Shown: one piece after another, positions 9,901 through 17,644 of the stretch
How positions within the stretch are numbered: the first letter of the stretch is position 1
Layout of the letters: the number at the start of each line of letters is the position of its first letter
IMG/VR virus record: IMGVR_UViG_3300025600_000006
Coordinates: 1 to 50,345 of that record
Reading direction: 5' to 3' (one strand)
Origin: a virus
Taxonomy: Duplodnaviria > Caudoviricetes
DNA length: 50,345 nt
Position numbers and translations under genes: made by a program
Notes under the pieces: generated by a model
What the model was told of the DNA's origin: nothing
The model's input: the letters and a program-made list of their open reading frames with translations, nothing else
Database searches by the model: none

Positions 9901-10388
9901 ATAGCGAAGAACGCGAAGAAGATGGTTGAGCGCAACTGGATGAATGAACCTCCGAGGGTCTTTGCCGCCCCCGACCCAGTTTTCGCCATCGTCTGCAACT
10001 TCTCACTGAGGACCGAGGTTTTCGACCCAACCGCCTGTATCGCGGTGCCGGTCTGGGCCAGCGGTGCCGCCATAGCGGCAACATCAGCCGTCGCCGCTGC
10101 GGTGCTAGCCGCCACACCCGCGCCCTTCGCAGCGCCAGCGACAGCGGGACTGGTCGCCATCTGCGTGGCTATCTTGCCCTGTGCTGTGATTGCACCCGCG
10201 TTGATGCGTGCGATGGATGGCCCGAGACTACCGAGTCGTCGCATCCCCGGCGTGTTGAGCGCACGGGCCAACCGATTCAACGCGCCCGCGAGAGCGTCGA
10301 TATTGGTGGCAGCGGTCGATGCCTCAGCAACGACCTTGATGGCAAGTTCGTCTACCGTGATGGCTGTGTCAACCATGCGTACATCCAT
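6975..10388 (-). CDS. Tape measure protein
   Basis: 1137 aa, Ala-rich helical, 11-residue Trp periodicity, QGDLARTL.SPAN and PYLADGG...AGPEIV motifs. Confidence 0.92.
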   Translation of the reverse strand: MDVRMVDTAITVDELAIKVVAEASTAATNIDALAGALNRLARALNTPGMRRLGSLGPSIARINAGAITAQGKIATQMATSPAVAGAAKGAGVAASTAAATADVAAMAAPLAQTGTAIQAVGSKTSVLSEKLQTMAKTGSGAAKTLGGSFIQLRSTIFFAFFAISAIIGAFKVFLGAAVALVEKINLFQVAMGTTARAANDYADSITNMLGVDPQQFRELNSTFYLMASSLGMVSETATTVSRNFTQLTYDYASLFDMDFETVSGKFRSAMAGQTRAVAALGLDVTLASLKMEALKEGIEGNVATFTKANKIILMHNLIVRNSTKIQGDLARTLSSPANMMRVLSDQFQVAARVIGWMFMPALQAILPVLIYVTQAVAQAGQAFLALFGIKMPSWNDFTQQVAGAAQGTDDLFGDMTDVTAATKAAADEAKKLKDYTMGIDELNIIKPPTIDTAAGAPGGGTIAPFDVYDMIGGAKGLSAITDPIKAMFKNLGVVFAPFLKALSEVWDALKPFAKDIWKGFVDMWNNVIKPMGVWVINTVGVLVLERIKAVLEWFNAHPKASEALGGVLAILMAFKGITTVLKILGWLIGIFSKLLGFTALKGILAGIFGAFSDMDLLFGGGSGSITTGFGLFVAKIMAFTWPAWLLTAGETIGAIFSAFAVGGPAAGFEILGAAIGPVGWIVLGIVAVIAAGVALWKNWDKVSEWAKTLGDTISTTWKNLVDGAVITWANITTAITDAWGNLGAAVAGAWAAITDPIVAAWDTLATMVSEVWNMYIVKPIIDAWNTISEQTASVWKTISDGLAWVWNIIKAIILIPVALIGTAIILAWTWLSTEATRIWTIITTALTDAWTWISVQAVVIWQTVTDPIIAGWNWISAEATRIWTIITGVLTGAWQWIAKQATSIWNGITGFLKGIWNGVVTALTSAWGVIKTKTQEAWNFVYKAVKGPIEAIVRFITPVFATIARVVRNVWNGLTAGLSAAWDAIKGIFKSGVNFLISAINNGPIALLNKVISAAKSVDKTDLMKKVNRVATIPYLADGGSVPAGRMFVAGDAGPEIVGSYGGNNNTVMPLENSGFVEAMAAAVYSATTAALRSAPQSSGGGDVFIDGVKAGKIIKTSTARAGVGGMISVGTAGNPA

Positions 10389-10414
10389 TCAGGTATGAGA
10401 GCGGGGAGCCGACC

Positions 10415-10771
10415 CTAGTTCTTCGGCTCCCCGTATTCCTTGTTCGGCGTTTTGCCAGAGAGCCGCGCCGCTACAGCGAGGAAGTCTGCGTGCGACTTGC
10501 GTAGGTCACGCTCGCGCTTCTGTGCTTTCAGTTCTTCGTCAATCTCGTATGCCACCATCGGCTCCGTCGGGTACTTCGCGCTGCTCGACTTACTGAATGC
10601 CTGCGAGAGCACCACACCGACCGCCAACATGACGTACCGTCCTGTGTTCCACGCCAGCGTGTCCGAGGCGATGACCTCGTTCTTCTGGCGGATACCCCCG
10701 ACCTCGATGGCGTAACTGACTATCTCGGGGTCGCCGTGCCAGAACTCGTCGTAGGTGACACCCACCGCCAT
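10415..10771 (-). CDS. Tail assembly chaperone, gpT-like part (probably reached by frameshift)
   Basis: MAVGVTYDEFWHGDP motif; frame is open upstream into the gpG-like gene. Confidence 0.7.
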   Translation of the reverse strand: MAVGVTYDEFWHGDPEIVSYAIEVGGIRQKNEVIASDTLAWNTGRYVMLAVGVVLSQAFSKSSSAKYPTEPMVAYEIDEELKAQKRERDLRKSHADFLAVAARLSGKTPNKEYGEPKN

Positions 10772-10854
10772 GACTTGCGGACACAGGTCGATGAAATACT
10801 CAGTCAGTGAGTCGTACGACTTCGCCTTTGAGTCAACTTGCGAGTCCGGCTGGT

Positions 10855-11145
10855 CTACTCCGACTCGCCCAAGCCGAAAAGGTTGGTGTATGCCTCGGTC
10901 AGAGTCTCAATCATGTCCTCGAACTTAACCTCGTGCGTGTCGAGCAGGTGGTCGAGCATCAGGTTGCTCTTGGACGGGTTGACCTTGTACTTGCTGAACA
11001 GGGACGCGAAGAACAGGAGGTAGACAGCCGAGAAGGGCTTGTCCGCGATTTCCGATGCGGAAAGCCCCTGTGACTCAGCCTGTCGAACTCCAGCCCGCGT
11101 CATGTTCAGTTCGTAGGTCTTGCCCTCATACTCAAACGAAGTCAT
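10855..11145 (-). CDS. Tail assembly chaperone, gpG-like
   Basis: FEYEGKTYEL start; between major tail and tape measure. Confidence 0.75.
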   Translation of the reverse strand: MTSFEYEGKTYELNMTRAGVRQAESQGLSASEIADKPFSAVYLLFFASLFSKYKVNPSKSNLMLDHLLDTHEVKFEDMIETLTEAYTNLFGLGESE

Positions 11146-11336
11146 GTGCTCTCTCCTTCACAGGTGGGAACGTGGTCGGTTGACCAACGTTCAATCCAAG
11201 CAATCGCATCATCGAGTCCGGCACGAACACCCCGAGCGAATGCTTGGGTTTCGGCATCGGGACGTTTTGTGATTCCCGCGCCATCTGCCGCCCATTTCAG
11301 GTTGAACAACATCAGGTCGATTTCAGAAAGACCCAT
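11142..11336 (-). CDS. Small inserted hypothetical protein flanked by a 21-bp direct repeat
   Basis: GAAGGAG RBS; start region duplicated from the chaperone gene. Confidence 0.6.
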   Translation of the reverse strand: MGLSEIDLMLFNLKWAADGAGITKRPDAETQAFARGVRAGLDDAIAWIERWSTDHVPTCEGEST

Positions 11337-11426
11337 GTGCTCTCTCCTTCACAGATGGACTGGACTTGTCGTGCGTGCGACCATTTGCGCCTTGCGGCTC
11401 GGGCTGGTCGCCCACCCGACTAACCT

Positions 11427-11888
11427 CTAGGAAACGGAACTCTCGTCAACCTCGTTGAGAGAGGTCGCCTGCGAGATGTAGACTGTGGTCGTGACTGCCG
11501 CGTCGATACCGGCCTCGCCCGGAGCCACAGGAAGCACCGTACCAGTCCACCAGTACCGCAGCGCGAGCGGCGCGGGGAACACGATGCTGAACGCGCGCAC
11601 CTTGCCCGACGCGGGGACTGCGGCGGCGGCGGTGACGGCGTCGATGAGTCCGGGGGTCATGTTCGCGGGGAACTCGAACGAGCCACCCAAGTCCATGAGG
11701 CCGTTGATGTAGGTCTTCTGTGACAGTTCCGCGAGGGTGGTGGTCTCAATCTTCGCGGGGGACGCGCTCATCGACGGGATACCCGTGATGTCGGGGATTT
11801 CAGTCCACGAAGTCGGGATTGCCGGGACGTTGAGCGTCACGGTCGAGTCCCCGTAGTAAACCTTGATACCTGCGGTAATCTGAGCCAT
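11427..11888 (-). CDS. Major tail (tube) protein
   Basis: MAQITAGIKVYYG start with AGGAG RBS; IETTTL...KTYINGLMD.GGSFEF motif. Confidence 0.85.
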   Translation of the reverse strand: MAQITAGIKVYYGDSTVTLNVPAIPTSWTEIPDITGIPSMSASPAKIETTTLAELSQKTYINGLMDLGGSFEFPANMTPGLIDAVTAAAAVPASGKVRAFSIVFPAPLALRYWWTGTVLPVAPGEAGIDAAVTTTVYISQATSLNEVDESSVS

Positions 11889-11899
11889 GCTGATTACTC

Positions 11900-12322
11900 C
11901 TATCGTCTGTACGAGTAGCCGTACGAGTCCAAAGTGCATTCTCCGCGCCACACGTTCGACGTTGTGTCGATACCTGACGGCGAGGTCGTGATGGTGCGCC
12001 GTGTGAGTTTGTACTCGGTGTCGAGCAGGTCACTCACCTCGGAGACGAGCACTTTGCCCGCCTCCCACTTACTCAGCACCAGCGGGTCGGACACCGCACC
12101 GTCGGAATAGTCCTTGGTGAGAATGTCCAGTTGATACGCGAGAACCGTTCGCTCCTCCCCACTCACCGTAGCGTGCGACTTCGGCAAGTTCGTGATTTCG
12201 TGAACCACGATGAGTGGGTAGTGCTTGGGAGACTCGTCGTACGGCTTACGGACGGTCACGTTCGGGATACTGAAGGTGTGGTCGGTCAGCGTGTCGAAGA
12301 TGTCATCATAGAGTGACCGCAC
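11900..12322 (-). CDS. Tail terminator / tail completion protein
   Basis: Position before major tail; YPLIVVHE..N and YQLDI motifs. Confidence 0.7.
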   Translation of the reverse strand: MRSLYDDIFDTLTDHTFSIPNVTVRKPYDESPKHYPLIVVHEITNLPKSHATVSGEERTVLAYQLDILTKDYSDGAVSDPLVLSKWEAGKVLVSEVSDLLDTEYKLTRRTITTSPSGIDTTSNVWRGECTLDSYGYSYRR

Positions 12323-12839
12323 GCTGTACCGCCTCCTTCAACACTATCTTCGCCGGACCCAGTGCGCCGATGTAGCGCATAGCCAGTCCAGCGTTATACA
12401 TTGGTGCTTGTGGCCCGATACCGTGAGAGATTACGGCAGTACCATCATCGAGGTACGCCCACTCCTTCTTGGTCGGGTCGGGCCGGTAGCCCGCCGCATT
12501 CATCGCGCCACCCGGATACGCACCCTCCGCGCCCGCAGCACCAGTACCGAACTCAAGGTACGCTATCTGCTGGCCGCGCCAGATGACATCGTGTCCGGGC
12601 ATTCCTACCTGAACACTCACCGCTGAGGTATTCGCACCGAGATAGTTACCGTCCACGTCCTGTAGCGTGCCGATGCCCATACGGACATCTTCGGCTACCC
12701 CAACACACACAGCCTGCTCCATGCGGTCTGTGACGCGGTTGACTGTCTCCGAGGACGATAGTTCCCGAGCGAGTGTCTTGAGTTGGTCGCGCAACTGCCG
12801 CACCTTACCGAGGCTCAGCGGGAGCACGACACTACTCAT
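12306..12839 (-). CDS. Neck / tail completion protein (HK97 gp10-like)
   Basis: AYLEFGTG and SHGIGPQAPMY motifs. Confidence 0.7.
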   Translation of the reverse strand: MSSVVLPLSLGKVRQLRDQLKTLARELSSSETVNRVTDRMEQAVCVGVAEDVRMGIGTLQDVDGNYLGANTSAVSVQVGMPGHDVIWRGQQIAYLEFGTGAAGAEGAYPGGAMNAAGYRPDPTKKEWAYLDDGTAVISHGIGPQAPMYNAGLAMRYIGALGPAKIVLKEAVQRAVTL

Positions 12840-13182
12840 TACTCAGCCTCTTGAACAAGACCTCTGCGATTCCGCCCACACCCCGCGTGATGCCCGTGAT
12901 GTAGAAGTTCGCGTCCCCCGCCATCGGGTCGTCCGTATCAGACGGGGTGGTCTCTAGCCAAGCGCGGTCGAATGCTTTGAGGTTTTCAACTTCAGCGTTG
13001 GTGGTCACAGCACGACGGTAGTCCATGTACTCAGGTCCGAACGCCGCGAGGCCCACATACGTGCTCAGCCCTCGGTAGTTCCACTTATGGAGTACCGGCA
13101 GGCTGTAGTTCTTGACGCCGCCGCTCATCGTCCCCGCGGCTATCCATACGGAGCGCTTCAGTCGCTCGGCGACGGCGACCAT
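12832..13182 (-). CDS. Head closure / head-tail adaptor
   Basis: Position and size. Confidence 0.6.
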   Translation of the reverse strand: MVAVAERLKRSVWIAAGTMSGGVKNYSLPVLHKWNYRGLSTYVGLAAFGPEYMDYRRAVTTNAEVENLKAFDRAWLETTPSDTDDPMAGDANFYITGITRGVGGIAEVLFKRLSNE

Positions 13183-13512
13183 CTAACCCACCTGTGTCGG
13201 GAGCGTGATGCGTGCGAGCATGGACGGAGGGAACGAACCCTTCTCGTACGCGCGCGTCGCGCCGTTCTCGGAGAATCCGATAGTCCCGTCCACGCCACGC
13301 TTCTGGAACAGGTAGACGCCCATCTCGATTGCGAGAGAGGTGTAGACGGCCTCGAACTCCTCTACCTTGCGGTAGAACTTGATGGTGTCCGTTGCCGCCG
13401 TAGCGGCCATCTCCGACGCTGCCACCTCGGCGGGTGTGGGGCTTGCGACCCCACACCACACCAAGATAGCATCGGGGATGTCAGAGGCTATGGCTGTGAC
13501 ATCGAAGGCCAT
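13183..13512 (-). CDS. Head-tail connector (gp6/gp15-like)
   Basis: KRGVDG...FSENGATRAY motif right after capsid. Confidence 0.8.
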   Translation of the reverse strand: MAFDVTAIASDIPDAILVWCGVASPTPAEVAASEMAATAATDTIKFYRKVEEFEAVYTSLAIEMGVYLFQKRGVDGTIGFSENGATRAYEKGSFPPSMLARITLPTQVG

Positions 13513-13521
13513 GTCAGATGC

Positions 13522-14538
13522 CTACGAAACCTCGTCGGTAAAGACCGGGGAGCCAGCACCGTTGGTGATGAACACCTGCGGGGCGGTGGTGGCGGAGGTG
13601 GTCTGCTTCAGACCCGTAATCTTCGCGTGCATCCACTCGGGACCGTAGTCCAGACCCCACTGGCCGAAAATCTGTCCAGACTCGCCAGCACCGACGACAG
13701 CCAACTTCTGATAGAAGAAGTTGCCGTAACCCGGAACGCCCTGAAGCACGTTGCGGCAGATGCCGAGGTTGTAGAAACCTGCGGTACCGTTGGGCTGATA
13801 GCGGTGAGCCATGAAGTTCAGACGACCGAACGGAGTGAGGTAGGTGGTCAGAGCCGAACCGGCATCGCTCATCGAAGCGCGCTGACCCTGATTGAGGATG
13901 ATTTTGTTCAACTGAACCATCTGCTCCGGGTTCAGAACGCCGGTCACGTTGAGCAGCCCATACGGTGAGCCAGTGACGACGCCCTGCGCCAGTTCGATGA
14001 GCATGTCCCCGCCGAGTTCGTCGTCGCCACCGATGACGACGTTAGTCTCGATTGCGGCGTTCAGACCACGAGTCTTGTCAACCTGCGCCGAGGTGGTGGC
14101 GAGGCTGTAGACACCGTTGAGGATGGTGAACTCCATGTCGTTGCGAATCTCAGCCGTGCGGTTAGCGATTGCAAACGCAAGCGGATTGGGGACATCGTTG
14201 GTCTGACCGACGAGGTTGAGACCCGTCAGCGTGTCCGTGTCTGACATCTTGCGGTAGGTCGCCGCGACGGCGCGGTGGAACATCTGCGTGACGTTCTTGT
14301 CCTGCGTCGGCTGGTCGAACGTCGGCGCGGGAGCCGTCTGCGACGCATCCTCAGAGATTGCAGGCTGCGAGGCCGCACCGAGAGTGTACTCGGCGCTGCA
14401 CAGGAACTCACGAGAACTCGAAGCGACCCCACCGAGCATGTTGAACAGCGGGGTACGCACGTCGGTCTTGGAGAACAGAACGCCTGCGATATTGACGGGC
14501 GAGAAAACGCCCTGCGTTCCTACGGGAGAAAGGGCCAT
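13522..14538 (-). CDS. Major capsid protein (SU10/DUF5309-like)
   Basis: TPLFNM, NVTQMF, GQIFGQWGLDYGPEWMHAKITGL motifs. Confidence 0.85.
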   Translation of the reverse strand: MALSPVGTQGVFSPVNIAGVLFSKTDVRTPLFNMLGGVASSSREFLCSAEYTLGAASQPAISEDASQTAPAPTFDQPTQDKNVTQMFHRAVAATYRKMSDTDTLTGLNLVGQTNDVPNPLAFAIANRTAEIRNDMEFTILNGVYSLATTSAQVDKTRGLNAAIETNVVIGGDDELGGDMLIELAQGVVTGSPYGLLNVTGVLNPEQMVQLNKIILNQGQRASMSDAGSALTTYLTPFGRLNFMAHRYQPNGTAGFYNLGICRNVLQGVPGYGNFFYQKLAVVGAGESGQIFGQWGLDYGPEWMHAKITGLKQTTSATTAPQVFITNGAGSPVFTDEVS

Positions 14539-14556
14539 CTGTAGTGCTCCTTAGTG

Positions 14557-15120
14557 TCAGTACCCCGCGTCGGTGAGTAGCACCTGAACCGCTGCGGCTT
14601 CCTGACCCTTTCCGGCCAGTTCGCTTGCGGTGTGCAACGCATCGGTGGGGGCATCGGTCGGGCCGTTCGGGGGTGTTGCGTTGGTCAGGAGTGCCTGCTT
14701 GGCTGCGTCTACCTGATTCTTCACAGTCAGGGCGTGCAACTTGATGAAGGAATCAAGGGTAGGCTCGAAGGACTCATCTGCGACTGTGGTGAACAGGGGG
14801 AGGAGGCTGACGACATCATCGTCAACGAATCCAGCGCCCATCAACTTCTTTGTGGCTGCGAGACTCTTACGGTCGGCTGCGAGGCTTGCGCGGTCGGCAT
14901 CAATCTTCTTGCGGTCGATTGCCACACGCTCGGCTTCGCTCGCTTCGAGTTTGACTCGTTCATCTGCGACTGCCGCGTCGATACGGGTCTGCACATCCTT
15001 GTCGGCATCCTTCAGCGCGTTCTTGCGTGCGGTGACTGATGCTTCCGTGCGTACCCGGTCGAGTTCGGCCTGATAGTCCGCCCACAGTTCCTCAGTTGCG
15101 AAATCTTCCTTCTTCAGCAT
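14557..15120 (-). CDS. Capsid scaffolding protein (DUF4355-like)
   Basis: Coiled-coil, QAELDRVRTEA; between portal and capsid. Confidence 0.75.
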   Translation of the reverse strand: MLKKEDFATEELWADYQAELDRVRTEASVTARKNALKDADKDVQTRIDAAVADERVKLEASEAERVAIDRKKIDADRASLAADRKSLAATKKLMGAGFVDDDVVSLLPLFTTVADESFEPTLDSFIKLHALTVKNQVDAAKQALLTNATPPNGPTDAPTDALHTASELAGKGQEAAAVQVLLTDAGY

Positions 15121-15157
15121 GGTGACTCTCCTGTCAGTTGTCGGTCATCAACCCCGC

Positions 15158-16693
15158 TTATGCGGTTTTGGTGTCCGCCCCTGTAGTGGCCGTCGCGTCC
15201 TTCGTCACACCGGAGTCCGTGATGGCTTTGGATACTTTCAACGCCTCAGCGGCTTTTGCTGCATTTTCTACAGCAAAAGCATCCATACGCATTATAACAT
15301 CGTGGACGTTATTCGTCAAACCAGCGATGTCAAGTGCGTCTACCGGAGCGATGGGCGACGGACCGTTCGTGAGCGTCTGGTAGACCTGCGCCTTGGACTG
15401 GAGATTGGCGGTCTTGTTGCGGTTGAAGTGAATGTCGATGTCCTGCGCCTTGATGCTTGCGACCTCATCAAATGTCCCGAGGATGTAGAGCATGACAGCC
15501 AGAGCCTCGCGCTCAGCCTGAATGAAGTACGGCTCCTTGGCTGTGGCTACCAAGTCGATGTCCTGCCAGCCGTCGCGCATGAACACGGCGTCGCCCGTGT
15601 CGCCTCCGCCACCTCCGCGCGTCTTACGGTCGGGCACGCCGACGATAACACGGAGCGTGGCTTCGAGATAGTCGCGCATGGCGACACCGACATCGGCACT
15701 CATGGCTTCGGAGATGAACTTGATTTCGGGCTTCATGCCTATGGGGATTTCGGACACGGCGAGGAATCCATGCTGCGACAGTTGAGCGAATATCTCCTCG
15801 GTCATCTCTGCACCGAGGACGACCAGCACGGCATTGACCGCCTGCTGAATGTCGTTCACGCCATCAGACGCCACAGCGTCGAGCGCGTCCATGATTGCGA
15901 TTGCCGTCTCCCAGTCACCGAGACGCCATAGGTTGTTCTGGTACTCGATGATGGGAAGACCGCCACCGAAGTTGATGGGGGTCGGCACTCCGACGAGTTC
16001 TAGGTTGCCGCTGACCATCGGGTCTTGCCCGTTGAGCGTCATGTCCTTGAACGTGAACATCGCGTCAGGAGTGTAGACCTTGTAGTAGGTGATAGCGCCG
16101 CTCGCCGGACCCACGGGACCGAACGGGCTGGTGGGGGCCGACTCGTAAGTGGTCACAGCGTAGGCTGCGGGCATGATTGGATTAGACGAGTAGACGACGA
16201 AGGTGTCGGTCGGTTCGAGACGCAGCAACTTCAACTTCGTCCCGTTGCGCGGCTTCGGGTCGGTGAACACACCCCGGTAGCCGACTCCACAGATGGAGCA
16301 GTCCTCTGCAATCTGGTAGTCCACGAGTGACTTGTTCTCGGCACTCAGGGCGTTGACGAAGTTCTCCATCTGCTTGCGGAACTTGCCGTTGCGATTCGTG
16401 TACTGGATGGGCTTGCCGAGGAAGTAGCCCACGATGTCGCGGGTGATGGAGTACGAGTAGTTGACGACAATCTTGTTGTCCACGTCCGTGCGCGTGGTCT
16501 TTTCCCTGTCCTGAATGACGGGGTGCCAACCCTTCAGATACTCCTGAAGCGCGCGAATCTGCTGGCGGTTGTATGCGTGCTGCGGAAGCACTCGCGCGAG
16601 GTCCACCTTCAGAGATTCGGCGGTGAACCGAGTCAGGTCGGTGCGAAGCACGTTGCGTCCACTCAGCGTGGTACTGGGGATGTTCGTGACCAT
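15158..16693 (-). CDS. Portal protein (SPP1 gp6-like)
   Basis: NKIVVNY...GYFLGKPIQY, SICG.GY and PIIEYQNN...GDWE..I..MDA motifs. Confidence 0.9.
   Translation of the reverse strand: MVTNIPSTTLSGRNVLRTDLTRFTAESLKVDLARVLPQHAYNRQQIRALQEYLKGWHPVIQDREKTTRTDVDNKIVVNYSYSITRDIVGYFLGKPIQYTNRNGKFRKQMENFVNALSAENKSLVDYQIAEDCSICGVGYRGVFTDPKPRNGTKLKLLRLEPTDTFVVYSSNPIMPAAYAVTTYESAPTSPFGPVGPASGAITYYKVYTPDAMFTFKDMTLNGQDPMVSGNLELVGVPTPINFGGGLPIIEYQNNLWRLGDWETAIAIMDALDAVASDGVNDIQQAVNAVLVVLGAEMTEEIFAQLSQHGFLAVSEIPIGMKPEIKFISEAMSADVGVAMRDYLEATLRVIVGVPDRKTRGGGGGDTGDAVFMRDGWQDIDLVATAKEPYFIQAEREALAVMLYILGTFDEVASIKAQDIDIHFNRNKTANLQSKAQVYQTLTNGPSPIAPVDALDIAGLTNNVHDVIMRMDAFAVENAAKAAEALKVSKAITDSGVTKDATATTGADTKTA
15291..15319 (-). 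promoter_or_regulatory. Sigma70-type promoter inside portal 3' end, facing scaffold/capsid
   Basis: TTGACG-17-TATAAT. Confidence 0.65.
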
Positions 16694-16705
16694 ACCGTGT
16701 CCTTC

Positions 16706-17638
16706 CTATCCGTAGGTTATGCCCGAGGGGGCGGTAAAAACTCCGTCGATTGCGACGATGGGGAACAGACTGAAACAGCCGTCAGGACGGATGTAGAAGG
16801 CCACCAGACCATTCGTCCAAGCATTGGGCCGGTTGAGCGCGTACGATGGGTTCATGTGACACGCGCAGGGTATCGAGGTAGCCGCGTACGGGAGCGAGTC
16901 TAGCGGGGTCACGATGGTGTGGGTCTGGAGTGTGTGCATGTGGCCGTACATGATGGAACGATTGTAGACCTGCGCTGTCTTGTAGGCGTGATGGATGTTG
17001 GTGTAGGTGCCGTGCATCGAGTGAAGATGTCCGAACTTGGCTGTCTCACCGTAGGGGATGACCCGCCACCCATCGAGATGCAGCGTCTCCTCCAGTTCGA
17101 TGAAACCCTCCATCTCAGGGTGAACCTCAAGGTACTGTCGTACCCAATCTTCGTGGTTCCCGAGGTGGAATACTCGCTCGACATCCTCACGCAAGATGGC
17201 GTCAAGTGGGTCGAGAACTTCGCGATTGAAGTCGAGATAGTCCTTCTTGAGTCGTTTGCCCTCTACGACTTGACGCTTGTCTTTGACCCAGTGGCTCACG
17301 ACTTCCAAGTCCTCGTTGTCGCCACCGAACACGAAGATATCGGGGTCTGAATCCTCGACATATTTGAGGATGTTGCTCCACAGTTTCTTGTCGTGCTTCG
17401 GGTGGTGCAAGTCCCATACGCCGATACCCATGCGGGTCTTGGTGTAGGTCGGCTCGGGCACTCCCCCAAACCAAGGGAGGTCGCGCAAGGTGGGGTTCTG
17501 CTTCGCTTCCCGAATCATGCGCCGAGCGTGCGCGCCGTCCATACCGAGTTCACGACCGAGTTGCTGTCCACTCAGCGGGGCGTGCTCGACCCACCACTCT
17601 CTATTGCGCTCCATACTCCTCCTTGGTTGGGCCAACAA
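16706..17638 (-). CDS. Calcineurin-like metallophosphoesterase with N-terminal HTH-like segment (start may be 17613)
   Basis: DLH, GDNED, GNHE, HG, GHMH motifs. Confidence 0.85.
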   Translation of the reverse strand: MLAQPRRSMERNREWWVEHAPLSGQQLGRELGMDGAHARRMIREAKQNPTLRDLPWFGGVPEPTYTKTRMGIGVWDLHHPKHDKKLWSNILKYVEDSDPDIFVFGGDNEDLEVVSHWVKDKRQVVEGKRLKKDYLDFNREVLDPLDAILREDVERVFHLGNHEDWVRQYLEVHPEMEGFIELEETLHLDGWRVIPYGETAKFGHLHSMHGTYTNIHHAYKTAQVYNRSIMYGHMHTLQTHTIVTPLDSLPYAATSIPCACHMNPSYALNRPNAWTNGLVAFYIRPDGCFSLFPIVAIDGVFTAPSGITYG

Positions 17639-17644
17639 ACCCGT

